From IMG/VR virus record IMGVR_UViG_3300026161_000447, positions 1 to 64,000 of that record: DNA of 64,000 bases; one strand, 5' to 3'. The notes beneath the pieces were generated by a model. It ran no database searches and had not been told where the DNA came from. It was given only the letters and a program-made list of their open reading frames with translations. The DNA comes from a virus. Taxonomy: Duplodnaviria > Caudoviricetes. Made by a program: the position numbers and the translations under genes. This document shows, one piece after another, positions 9,201 to 18,047 of the stretch. How positions within the stretch are numbered: position 1 is the first letter of the stretch; the number at the start of each line of letters is the position of its first letter.

Positions 9201-10725
9201 CGACCTTGCCGGTCTTCTGCCGCAAGGCACGGGTCTTGACCGTCACCTTCTGAGTGGGTCCTCCGTCCTTGACAGCCTTCCTCAAGGCCAACGCGAAGCT
9301 CTTGGCAAGACCCTTGACCTTCCCGCGCGTGATGTGTGTCTGCGGGACGCCCCGGAACTCGTCGTGCTTCTTGATCGTGGCCGTGATGTTGTAGGTCTTC
9401 CCCTCCTCGCCGGGCTCGTTGCTGGCAAACCACGTGAACTCATTGCCGTCGTCATCGAGGAGCTTCGTGATGTAGACGATGCCGTAGTTGCCGTCGTAGG
9501 GCTTCACGCTGGTGATCTTCAGCTTGAAGTCACGGCGTTCGCCGATGGCGCCCACATGCTGTGATCCCTTGCCAGCCGCGATGTCCTTCGCGCGCCGCTC
9601 GCTCTCCTTCTCCCGGTCGTACAGGGGGATTAGGGACGCCGCTATGCCGATCTCATCGGCACCGATGACGTCCTCCTTGCACAGCAGGCGCAGGTTCATC
9701 AGGTAGTTGGTATTCGCCCACTTCTCGGGCTTCTTGCGTATCCAGGAGAGTGCCGCCTTCGCCTTCCTGAGCGCCTTCTCGGGCACAGGCTCTGTACGTT
9801 GGTGCTTAGGGGGGAACATCCAATCAGCGGCGGCGTCCGCCGTCGCGTAGTCGCCGAACTGCGCCTCTGCGCGCGATGTCCACCCATGTCTTTCTATGCT
9901 GGCCACGACATACCCCAGGTACTTCTCGATGCTGAAGTACTTGTTTGCCGGAAGCTCATCATTGTCCCAATACGCTGTGTCGCCGTCGTCACCCCAGTCC
10001 TCCACTTCTTTGACGAACTCAGCGATGGCAGCGAGGAAGTCGGCAAACCTGGCGGGGTCCCCGTGACCCATGAAGTCCTTGAGGCACGATCTGCCGACCT
10101 GCTTGTACTCCCCTGTCTCTGTACTGCGGATGATGTAGGTGGCATTGCGCTTGCGCTTCGTGCCGCAGTGGTCGCAGGTCATGTCGGCCTTGCGGTACTT
10201 GCGGGGTATTTCCTGGTCTCCGATTGCGAAGACCATGTTGCCGGAGGTCAGCGGCTTGAGGGCCGCTACGAACTGCCAGTCTGCATAGCGAGGCTCTGGC
10301 CCATTGACAGTCACCTCGACAAGACCGCGCCACAGGTCTTCAACAAAGCGGGTCTGCAGTTTGACCTTCTTCGTCTCTCCCAGTTCGAGCGTGATGGGGT
10401 CGGTGCCGATGCGCTTAGCCCTCTTGTTGAGGTCGTTGATCTTGGCCTGAAGCTTGGGCAGGTCGTCTTCGTTGATCCAGACCTTCGCTGGCTTCGGGGC
10501 CTCAACGGGGCTCGCTGCCTTCAGGCTGGCCCGGGGCTTGGCCAAGGCCTTCTCTGCGCTTGGCTTCGTGTCGGCCTTGGGCTTCGGCGCGGCCTTCTTG
10601 CGCGTCTCGGTGTGAGCGCGCTGCGTGACCACTTTCCCCGACGCAAGGTGCCGGGTCCTCGCGCGCACAGGGACCTTCTGCGTGGGGCCATCCGACTTGG
10701 TGAAGCGCAGCAAGAAGCTACCCAT
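6292..10725 (-). CDS. Large polyvalent protein: Cys-containing/OB-like domain + LPD5/LPD1-like zincin region + C-terminal type IB topoisomerase
   Basis: DVGEKIGGARKD, RGVEFGNW, GAGTLGHEWAHFFDH (HExxH) and YWTRPHEMFARAFE resemble LPD5/LPD1. Topo IB pentad present: FRIG, TGKK, KDFRT, LGHT, RQSY. Confidence 0.85.
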   Translation of the reverse strand: MGSFLLRFTKSDGPTQKVPVRARTRHLASGKVVTQRAHTETRKKAAPKPKADTKPSAEKALAKPRASLKAASPVEAPKPAKVWINEDDLPKLQAKINDLNKRAKRIGTDPITLELGETKKVKLQTRFVEDLWRGLVEVTVNGPEPRYADWQFVAALKPLTSGNMVFAIGDQEIPRKYRKADMTCDHCGTKRKRNATYIIRSTETGEYKQVGRSCLKDFMGHGDPARFADFLAAIAEFVKEVEDWGDDGDTAYWDNDELPANKYFSIEKYLGYVVASIERHGWTSRAEAQFGDYATADAAADWMFPPKHQRTEPVPEKALRKAKAALSWIRKKPEKWANTNYLMNLRLLCKEDVIGADEIGIAASLIPLYDREKESERRAKDIAAGKGSQHVGAIGERRDFKLKITSVKPYDGNYGIVYITKLLDDDGNEFTWFASNEPGEEGKTYNITATIKKHDEFRGVPQTHITRGKVKGLAKSFALALRKAVKDGGPTQKVTVKTRALRQKTGKVVVQPAHTETRKKAAPKADAVKVRNTAGLTQRQMDRIHKLLESGQAEITKPGAKYLVRVRPEGQSRYSRLGEFASMADALNALAERMAVKATGKSERTYKDVGEKIGGARKDIANARDRFANNPTEANLKKLESEDPDAARRTCNRATIWPAPTVESMRAAGRSNVFIMGAMTVYSCIPAKFDSLSASDRLNYFRAVTMLRDFVEGATSSKELRERLEGISQELRATSKWVHYEKWKAAGAQFIKEPPPPPTEYQVALATALVHTPVLLKWLDGKAKRDLTFYSWKHTYVSAEDGQDFHAYGTIDGKHRQLTPEEAAARAEEWAGKVVDGKFVPKQRTKSAEEVTETQQRWERTVPTGYERKGGKAIHIRRPDDYLKRFGLRGVEFGNWMDHDASRIHVDRCAEAFQDMADLLGISATDLSLNGRLALAFGARGTGKAAAHYEPGKVVINLTKMGGAGTLGHEWAHFFDHIVGQFETGTNGQYLSHSRGATPVLDACGKVMKLIYHGTGRVELKPTDAEVPEKHGTYDYYLKSAGNNAQAAVDLIDKRYRFTDEARQQMVNYICKKTKAKSVTVSSSDSQFYSASIIQQGGKAKGYWTRPHEMFARAFETYLLDLMKEKRRENNYLVYVGKDSDAELRPYPRGEERKLLKAAFDELFAAVRAGDTLQKALSALQKATDTTSVRGSTQRTRTGVRVQPAYRAQRSKAVAKVTTPKGNVQYQYDEETLAAAKAEKFRRVAHLAKQLPRIVEAVKSDLAQGDTPQSKVVAAIVALIDRCCFRIGTDEYAEKHGTYGVTTLSPEHVTVDGATIRFQFTGKKQVPWDTATTDPDLADFIAHLASDAPGDRLFWYHRDGRQYPIRANHVNDWLRDYGVSAKDFRTYHATRLCFEELKRLSSRQPLAKKEIKQRVKQAVAATAERLGHTPAVCRQSYILPAVIDDFEANGGRLSIDPWKTARNMGKSFLLAFGGNAQ

Positions 10726-10745
10726 GGCGCAATCCCTCGGCGTGG

Positions 10746-13700
10746 TCAGAACAAGGACGTCGTCTGCGGTGCGACCTCCGGCTCATCTTGCTCGTCATCG
10801 AAGACAGGCCGTCGCAGCACCCGGCGCTTCGTCGCCTCGATAGCCTCGTGGGCCAGCAACCGTCGCTCAACGGTGTCCCTGAGTTCCTCGAACGTGGATA
10901 GGGCGCCGTCGATCTGGGCGAGTGCTACCTCCAAGTCGGTGGGGGTGAAGGCGTCCACCGTGAACTCTGCCTTCCGCTCGTTGTAAGTCTTCTCCAGCAC
11001 ATCGCGCACGGCATCGAGGATGTGGTTCAGCTTCGCCTTCTGCTCCTGTCGGCGCACCTGCTTCTCCCCGCCGGTTGTCTCCTCGTCGTCGAACATGCTA
11101 CGCTGTTGGTTGGCGCGGATGTACTCTGTCGCCATTCCGCCGAGAACGCTGGCCGTTAGGCCATTGGCCCGCGCGTGGCGGGCCATGCGCACCATGTGCA
11201 GCTCTCGCTCGCGGCGGACCTTCGGGTCGCGCACCGAACTGTCGATGGTCGGGTCCACCAGCCGTAACAGGGAGTGGGCATGGGCGGGCGTCAGGTGCCC
11301 GCGGTCAACCATCTCCTTGACCTCACCCGGGAGGTCGTTGAGCACGATGTAGTAGTTGACTCGGTCACGCTTCTTTCCCGTCTTCCTCGCGACGTAGGCC
11401 CTGCCAAGGGCTTCGAGCTTGTCCTGTACCTCGAAGTCTCGGAAGTTGGAGCCCCTCCACTCCTTGCGGCGCTTGGCCCGCGCGATCTCCCCATCCGCGA
11501 GCTGGCGGTAGGCCGTGGCTTCCTCTGTGGGCGAGACATTCTGGCGATTGAGGTTCTCGATCACCTGCTCGGCCAATGCATCCTCGTCAGAGACACCCTC
11601 GCGGACCACCGCACGGATGGTCTTCATGCCGTTCATCTTGATGGCGCGATACCGCCGCTCCCCGGCGATGATCTGGTACTGGACCTTCCCCGCTCCGTCG
11701 ACCGGCTTGACCACGATGGGGGTAACGTTGCCGCCGGTCTGCCGAATGCTGTCCGCTAGCTCCTGCATCTCCCTCTGCGCGAAGTGCTTCCGATGCTGGT
11801 TCGGGTCCGGCTGCACCTTTGCGATGGATATCTCGACGATCTGCTCGGAAGCCGGTGCTTGCGTCCTCGCCGGCTCGGCGTCGGCTTTCTTGCGCGTCGC
11901 CCTGTGCGGACGGACGGTCACCACCTGGCCGCTCTCCGTGCGGCGCGTGGAGCCCTTCACGTTGACCTTCTGTTTGGCGCCGGAGGCCGTCGACTTGCCG
12001 ACGTGGTAGATGCGGAGCATCTCCTGTGTAAGCCCCGAATCCCTCTCCAGATCGTCGGGAACCGCGTCTCGCCGCTGCTGGGCCAGTGCCATCGCCTGAA
12101 AGAGCTTGACCGCGGAAGCCTTGTCTCTGATGATCCTCATCTCGACGTCGTGGTGGTAGGCAGTAGACGGTATCGCGCGGCCGTTGGCAGCCGCGTCTCT
12201 GACCACTCTCCCTGCTGTCTTCAGCCCGACCTCCTGACCCACGATGTAGACGGGGCGAGCCATTCCTTTGAACTGGGCCATGGCAATCGCGGGCCTTGCC
12301 TCGGCAATCACATCCTTGGGGTCCGGTCCGTAGTACACCGTCCCATGCTCGAACTCGAACCTCCCTTCTTTGGCGTCCTCAATACGTTTCCTGTCAGCGA
12401 TGCGCTGCTGTTCCCGCTCTCGCTCCTTGACGATCATCTCATCGTAGGAAAGCCAGTTGCCGGGGGAGACTGGCCTCCGGGAGTTCAGGGCATTGGCGCG
12501 CGCCTCCTCGGCAAGCCGCTTGACGTCCTCGTCCTTGGGGTTGGAGAGGATGTTCTCCGTGAGCCATTGAGCAAACTGCTTGCGGGTCTGCCCGAGGAAC
12601 TCCGCTCTTCTTGCTGCCACTTCCTCTGGTGTCCTGGCTTTGCGCTTCCTCGGCTTGCTGGATGCCGGGGCTGGCTTGGGCTCTGCCTTCTTTCTCGTTG
12701 CCGTGTGTTGCTTCACGGTCGTCGTCTTACCGGACTTGGTGCGCCGAGTGCTGGCCTTGACAGGGACCTTCTGCGTTCCAGACTTGCGGAAGACCATGCG
12801 GAATGACCGGAACAGGCTCATCTGCGGCTGTTCGTCTGCAGCGAGAGGCTCCTGCTCGACGTCGAAGAGCTTCGCCTGTTTGCGCTCGAGACGGTACCGC
12901 GCGTCGCCGCCTGGGGTGCGCTCTGGGGTGACCTCATACTCGTCGCCCATACTCAGGAACTGTTCTTCAAGATCCCGAGTGATCTTCAGGGGGCTGAACA
13001 CGGCGCCATACCTGGAGACCAGCCAGCCGAGAAGTCTCTGGTGCACATCCATGTTCTCAAACCAAACCGACGTGAGCGAGTCGGTGACGTGCGCCCCATC
13101 GTTCTCGATCTCCACGCGCAGGGACGCCACATGGTTGCCGGCCTCGGCGTAGATGGCGAAGTCCTGCTTGGGGCCATTGCCGAAGCGACGAACCAACAGG
13201 TCTCCACTCTTGGGGCTCTTGAGCGTGAAGCGCTCTGTCTCCGGGTGCCTCTTCTCCATCGCGTCGGCCATCATGGCATTACGCTGCGTGGCCGTATGCG
13301 GATTGCGCCTCTTGGGCCGTGCTCGGGTATCCTTGCGCCATGAGGATGCGACCTGGACCGTCTTGCCGGCGACGGTGCGTGTGTGGGCCTTGACGCGCCC
13401 CTTGCGGATGGGCTCGAGGTCGCGGAGGAGGACGCGAGCACCGCCGTCCGTGCGGCACCAGGTGCCCAGGGACTTGCCGACTCGCTCCGGGTCCACCTCC
13501 CGATCTCGCTTGCGGGACGGTCTAGCGGGATCGGGGTTGTCCTCGTCTATGCCCCAGAACGGGCCGATAGCGCGGTATGCCATCTCGTCGTAGAGTAGAT
13601 TCTGCCTCTGGCGATGGCGTCGCCACTGGTCGGGGGTAAGGCTCTTCTTGTTCCACCCCTCTTCTTGGTGCTCTCCCCACAGGCGCAGTATCTGCTTGTC

Positions 13701-14852
13701 ACTCATCCTGCGCAGACCGGGTATATCCTCAGTTACTGGCTTGTCGGACATAGGCCCATAGAATATCGGCTTGCCGTCGCGACCGATGGCCTGCTTGGGC
13801 TTCGCGTCCTTGCGGTGCTCCACATGGGCCCTGACCTGGACAGTCTCCCCACTCTTCGTGCGGCGCGTAGAGGCCTTCTTCTGCACGACAGCCTTCGCCA
13901 GAACTGAAAAGCCCCGCCGGGTGGCGGGGCGAGGGGTCTTGCGGAAGGCGAGTAGTGGTCCCGGACTCAGTCCCTTGTACATGCTGGCCTCTTGCGGGTC
14001 GAAGGTACCCACGTTGCCGACCGCCTTGATCTGCTCGGGTTTCAAAGCAACCACCTCAACGTTCTCCCTGTCGTCACGCCAAGCCATCACACCATCGTAG
14101 CCTGCCGCGCGCAGTGAGGCCGTGAACTCTCCTGGCGAGTTGATGAACCCTCCGCCTGTGAGTCTGGCCCCGACGCTGCGTACTCGGTCGCGGGTCTCGG
14201 CGGCACCTTCATGCGTCCTGAAGTCGATGACGAAGGGGCGCTTGATGCTGATGTAGCACTCGTAGACGCGCATGTGGGTGCCGCCCAGCTTCTGTGAGTA
14301 CAGGTCCGCTTCCTCACGACTGGAGGTGAAGTAGAACCCAGTACCGTAGAACCCGGCGTCGCTGGTGGTGCCGATCAAATGGGGGTCGAAGCTGTCGAAC
14401 TCCCCGCGAGGCGTCCCGTGGTACAGTACAAGCGGGACCATCGCCTCGGGCTCACCCGTCTCGGGGTCGACGACCTTGGAGGCGTGTTCGGGATCGTGCT
14501 CCCAGTCACCGAACCACGCCTTGAAGGCCTGCGAGCGGGTGCCATTGGCCTGGTAGTCTGCCACCGGGTCGTAGCCGGTCTGTGGATTCTCGTGCTTGTC
14601 GCCCTTCCTGCGGTGCTCGCGCACCTGGACTGTCTTCCCCGACGGCAGCCGGCGGCTGTGGGCCTTGACCGTGGACTTGGCTACTGGGAAGGCGAGGCCA
14701 AATCCTCGGCGCTGGGCGAGGTTGCGCTCTGCTCCAGCGTCAGACGGATCTGCCGGTCTCTCAACGCCCTTCGAATGGTATCGAACGAGGCTGCCTCGCC
14801 GCTCGCGACCCGCAGATTCACTCTCTCCTGCCGGTCGCGGCGAATGACACAC
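10746..14852 (-). CDS. Large polyvalent protein: H-Y-E ADP-ribosyltransferase (ART-PolyVal-like) + possible GNAT-like domain + ParB/Srx domain; true start uncertain
   Basis: FKAWFGDWE..ASKVVD..GEP..LYHGT, GFYF, GYDG and EVVA. ParB motifs PDPNQHRKHF, IIAGERRYRA and IENLNRQ. Confidence 0.85.
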   Translation of the reverse strand: MCHSPRPAGESESAGRERRGSLVRYHSKGVERPADPSDAGAERNLAQRRGFGLAFPVAKSTVKAHSRRLPSGKTVQVREHRRKGDKHENPQTGYDPVADYQANGTRSQAFKAWFGDWEHDPEHASKVVDPETGEPEAMVPLVLYHGTPRGEFDSFDPHLIGTTSDAGFYGTGFYFTSSREEADLYSQKLGGTHMRVYECYISIKRPFVIDFRTHEGAAETRDRVRSVGARLTGGGFINSPGEFTASLRAAGYDGVMAWRDDRENVEVVALKPEQIKAVGNVGTFDPQEASMYKGLSPGPLLAFRKTPRPATRRGFSVLAKAVVQKKASTRRTKSGETVQVRAHVEHRKDAKPKQAIGRDGKPIFYGPMSDKPVTEDIPGLRRMSDKQILRLWGEHQEEGWNKKSLTPDQWRRHRQRQNLLYDEMAYRAIGPFWGIDEDNPDPARPSRKRDREVDPERVGKSLGTWCRTDGGARVLLRDLEPIRKGRVKAHTRTVAGKTVQVASSWRKDTRARPKRRNPHTATQRNAMMADAMEKRHPETERFTLKSPKSGDLLVRRFGNGPKQDFAIYAEAGNHVASLRVEIENDGAHVTDSLTSVWFENMDVHQRLLGWLVSRYGAVFSPLKITRDLEEQFLSMGDEYEVTPERTPGGDARYRLERKQAKLFDVEQEPLAADEQPQMSLFRSFRMVFRKSGTQKVPVKASTRRTKSGKTTTVKQHTATRKKAEPKPAPASSKPRKRKARTPEEVAARRAEFLGQTRKQFAQWLTENILSNPKDEDVKRLAEEARANALNSRRPVSPGNWLSYDEMIVKEREREQQRIADRKRIEDAKEGRFEFEHGTVYYGPDPKDVIAEARPAIAMAQFKGMARPVYIVGQEVGLKTAGRVVRDAAANGRAIPSTAYHHDVEMRIIRDKASAVKLFQAMALAQQRRDAVPDDLERDSGLTQEMLRIYHVGKSTASGAKQKVNVKGSTRRTESGQVVTVRPHRATRKKADAEPARTQAPASEQIVEISIAKVQPDPNQHRKHFAQREMQELADSIRQTGGNVTPIVVKPVDGAGKVQYQIIAGERRYRAIKMNGMKTIRAVVREGVSDEDALAEQVIENLNRQNVSPTEEATAYRQLADGEIARAKRRKEWRGSNFRDFEVQDKLEALGRAYVARKTGKKRDRVNYYIVLNDLPGEVKEMVDRGHLTPAHAHSLLRLVDPTIDSSVRDPKVRRERELHMVRMARHARANGLTASVLGGMATEYIRANQQRSMFDDEETTGGEKQVRRQEQKAKLNHILDAVRDVLEKTYNERKAEFTVDAFTPTDLEVALAQIDGALSTFEELRDTVERRLLAHEAIEATKRRVLRRPVFDDEQDEPEVAPQTTSLF

Positions 14853-15112
14853 CCGCCCTCCAGAACGATGCTGCGTTCCTCGCGACGGCGGTTCTTGGCA
14901 GTTAGGGGCGCCTTGACTAGCTCGCTCTTCTTGCGGGGATCAACAGTCCCCAGCAGCCGCGCATAGCGCCGCGCAAACTGTCCTTCATTCCCCTTCTCTA
15001 TAGATCGAGGCTGGTCTTCCCAGTTGTTTCTGCTCTTGCGGAACGACAGCAGGAACCCCTTCTTCACGCCCTTCGCCCGCCGGTAGCCTGTCTTCACGAG
15101 GTTGTTTGGCAT
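14681..15112 (-). CDS. Head-operon protein (143 aa), possibly the frameshifted N-terminus of the ART/ParB protein
   Basis: ATG immediately after the MuF stop. Carries KKGFLLSFRKS and WEDQPR..GQF. Overlaps the next ORF by about 170 nt. Confidence 0.6.
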   Translation of the reverse strand: MPNNLVKTGYRRAKGVKKGFLLSFRKSRNNWEDQPRSIEKGNEGQFARRYARLLGTVDPRKKSELVKAPLTAKNRRREERSIVLEGGCVIRRDRQERVNLRVASGEAASFDTIRRALRDRQIRLTLEQSATSPSAEDLASPSQ

Positions 15113-16132
15113 CTATTTCTCCCGGCCGGCATGGCGGTGCTCGGTGCGCGCCGCCTTCTTCGCATAGCCCTTGCGCCGCTTCTGCTTTGCCTGGCGGTGC
15201 ACTACAATCCCGCCGTCCACTCCGGTCCCCGTGCCCGTGAAGTCCTTGTGCTCGAGGCTCTCGAAGGGAAACCTCGCCTCGCCGAAGCGCGGCTTTCCCT
15301 CCGGGCGCTCCACCGGCACGAGCCGGCAGTGGCAGCGCGTCGTGCACGCGAGCTTGCCGCTCTGGGGGGTAACGGCCATCGTCGCCAGCTCCCGCGCCGA
15401 GTAGACGCCATTCCCCCACCGGCCACCGGCCCCGATCTGCTCCACCTGCCCGGGCGTCAGCAGGAACCTGCCCGTCAGCTTGCTCTTCGATCCCGCCAAG
15501 TACGAGCAGTCGATGCAGGTCTCACTGCCCTTCATCGTCCACTTGAGGTACCTGTCCGCCGAGAGGTCGGCGTAGACGAAGCCCTGCCAGTAGAGCTCCT
15601 CAAGGGCGTTGACGTACAGATCCGCGCGCTTCCTGTACTCCATCGAGCCCTCTCTGTGCTCGATGTCTGTCAGGAAATTGTCGGCGTAGGCGTTCTCATT
15701 CAGCCTCTGCCGGCGGACGATCTTCTTCTCGTTGGGGAGCAGGCCGCGCTCCGACGTGTTTGCGCCGCCGGCGCGCAGCCCACACTCGAAGGCCGACAGG
15801 TAGGACCTGTCGAGAAGGGCGTTGACCTGCGCGACCGACCGCCTGTGCGTGCGCTTGATGAGCTGCTCAAGGTGGTAGCGTGAGGACGACGACATGCCGT
15901 CGTCGGCGCGCAGGATTGTCGCCGTGCGGATCAGGTCGTCGACGCCGCCGAAGATTGCGTGGACCTGGACGCGGAAGCTGCGCTTCAGGGCCTCGAAGTC
16001 CCGGCGCCCCCATCCCCGCTTACCCTTTGGGAGTGGGGCCTTCAGGGCCTTCTCTATCGCTTCGGCGAAGGCGCCAATCGCCGCCTCGTCGGCAACACCC
16101 GGGGGGACGTGTAGCCTCGCCAATACCGTCAC
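15113..16132 (-). CDS. MuF / SPP1 gp7-like head morphogenesis protein
   Basis: Directly after the portal (GTGA overlap). CIDC and CTTRCHCRL cysteine motifs resemble the MuF C-terminus. Confidence 0.7.
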   Translation of the reverse strand: MTVLARLHVPPGVADEAAIGAFAEAIEKALKAPLPKGKRGWGRRDFEALKRSFRVQVHAIFGGVDDLIRTATILRADDGMSSSSRYHLEQLIKRTHRRSVAQVNALLDRSYLSAFECGLRAGGANTSERGLLPNEKKIVRRQRLNENAYADNFLTDIEHREGSMEYRKRADLYVNALEELYWQGFVYADLSADRYLKWTMKGSETCIDCSYLAGSKSKLTGRFLLTPGQVEQIGAGGRWGNGVYSARELATMAVTPQSGKLACTTRCHCRLVPVERPEGKPRFGEARFPFESLEHKDFTGTGTGVDGGIVVHRQAKQKRRKGYAKKAARTEHRHAGREK

Positions 16133-18045
16133 CGGCGACCACGAGGCCGGACCACGACCTCCAGCACCTTGCCCACGGCCTTCCCGAATGGCTGCGCCTG
16201 CCCCCCGTCACCGCCGGGGTCCTCGTCTTCGCCCTCGTCGCCCGCCGGCTGCTGGCCCTGCGCCTTCTGCCACTGCCTGACCTGCATCATGTCCTGGAAC
16301 TGCTGGGGCGGCCCCGCCTGCTGGGCGTCTTGCCACTGTTGCGCCTCGTCTTGAGGCGGCGACAGGTCGGCTTCGTGTTCCGCCTGCCAGATCATCTGCA
16401 GCCCGGCGTTCACCGGCGCGTTGGGCCACATGGCCCACTTGCCGTCCTTGTTCTCGTAGATGCGTTCCACGAGGTCCTTGCAGCGGTCCTCGTAGCGGGC
16501 CACGTCGGGGTAGTTGTCGGTGACATACCGGTCGATCTTCTGATAGAGCTCGCGGTCGATGGGGTCTTTGATCGGCCGCATGTCTCTCCGCGCCCGCACC
16601 TCGTTGACCGTCAGAACGCCCGACTGCAGGTCCTGCTCGTCGTACTGGCGCTCCTTCTCCTCGTCGGTGGGGACAAGGTTGCGCCAGCGGAAGCGGTACG
16701 GGCCGACGCCACTGCTGTCGGCGAAGAACCGCATGACGACGCGGCGGTTGATGAGGTCTTCAACCGCCGCCATGATCGAGAAGAAACCCTTGGACCGTTG
16801 CTGCCGGACCCTCTCGTCGCCACCCGTGCCCGTCTGCATGCCGCCGACTGTCAGGAATGCCTGGAAGTTCACGTCCTCGGCCGCTACGTGGTAGAGGCTG
16901 CAGGCGACGGCCATCAGGAACGACAGCCAGTTCTTCCAGTACATGTCCTGCTTCTCTGTCTGGCGGAAGGGCGTGTACGTGAGCTTCGCGTCGGGGGCTC
17001 CGAACAGCACCGGCAGGCGGTTGAGCTTGTCATTGCCGGAGCCCGGCTTCGTCAGTTCCCAGAGGAATGTCTCGAGCCACTCGGTGTTCCAGTCGCCCGT
17101 GGCCGAGACCAGGCCGGGGGGCACCGCATTGGTGGTGAAGTAGTTAACGTTGTGTTCGACGGCCGTCATCATCCCCGACACGATCTCCACCAGGCTTGCG
17201 AGTTCCGGCCAGCCGTACCCAGCGTGCGCGAGGTCGGCCTTGCCATTGCGCACGAGTGGCAGGACCTCGTCCCACGTGTACTCATTTGCCGGCCGGTTCA
17301 GTTCGTCGAGTTCGACGAACTCTACGCGCTTGCCGCGGCGGTACTGGGGCTTGTAGCCCACGTCGGGGATATTGCCCCACTGGTCTTTCCACTGCTGCTT
17401 CGGTGTCTGGTCGGCGAATCGCACCGTCGCCGCGTCCATCGCGCGCATGAATGCCACGGGGTACATGTTGGCGTTATTGGCGGGCTCCACGCGAATGCAC
17501 GACCAGTCCAGCGTCAGACTGTCGCTCAGTACCTTCTGCAGCAAGACGGAGAAGCGGTCGCCCTCCTCCTGCTGGTCGCCGCTCCAGACGCCCACGGCGT
17601 TGTCCTGCTGGCGGCGGTACTGGACGCCGCCGTGGACGAGTATCTCCGTGATCTGCTCCATGCGCTTGCGGTCTTTTGCCGTGGGAGCCCCGGCCTCGTC
17701 GGCCATGTAGACCTCGAAGCCCTTGTCGTCCCGCGTCATCGTGGGCTTCGCGTAAGTGGCGGCCTCCATGATGATCGCCGAGTGTATGGCCCTGACGAGC
17801 GGCGTCTCGGCCATCTTGCGCAGGAAGTCGGAGGTCTTCTTCGTGGCGCCTTCGATGTCGCGGACACCACGGTACAGGCCCTGCCGGTAGAGCATGGGCA
17901 AAAGCTGGCGAGGCGTCCCCACAGGCCGTTGGCCGCCGAACAGGCCCTTGATGACCTCTTCCTCCACCATCCTGCGCAGGTCGGTGGGGGCTGTCGGCAC
18001 CAGGCTTGTCGGCACCAGGATGTTCCCGCGCTTCTCGTAAGCCAT
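16129..18045 (-). CDS. Portal protein (HK97-like)
   Basis: Likely start MAYEKRG at 18045. YFTTNAVPPGLV and LTVNEVRARRDMRPI motifs. Follows the terminase. Confidence 0.88.
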   Translation of the reverse strand: MAYEKRGNILVPTSLVPTAPTDLRRMVEEEVIKGLFGGQRPVGTPRQLLPMLYRQGLYRGVRDIEGATKKTSDFLRKMAETPLVRAIHSAIIMEAATYAKPTMTRDDKGFEVYMADEAGAPTAKDRKRMEQITEILVHGGVQYRRQQDNAVGVWSGDQQEEGDRFSVLLQKVLSDSLTLDWSCIRVEPANNANMYPVAFMRAMDAATVRFADQTPKQQWKDQWGNIPDVGYKPQYRRGKRVEFVELDELNRPANEYTWDEVLPLVRNGKADLAHAGYGWPELASLVEIVSGMMTAVEHNVNYFTTNAVPPGLVSATGDWNTEWLETFLWELTKPGSGNDKLNRLPVLFGAPDAKLTYTPFRQTEKQDMYWKNWLSFLMAVACSLYHVAAEDVNFQAFLTVGGMQTGTGGDERVRQQRSKGFFSIMAAVEDLINRRVVMRFFADSSGVGPYRFRWRNLVPTDEEKERQYDEQDLQSGVLTVNEVRARRDMRPIKDPIDRELYQKIDRYVTDNYPDVARYEDRCKDLVERIYENKDGKWAMWPNAPVNAGLQMIWQAEHEADLSPPQDEAQQWQDAQQAGPPQQFQDMMQVRQWQKAQGQQPAGDEGEDEDPGGDGGQAQPFGKAVGKVLEVVVRPRGRR

Positions 18046-18047
18046 GC

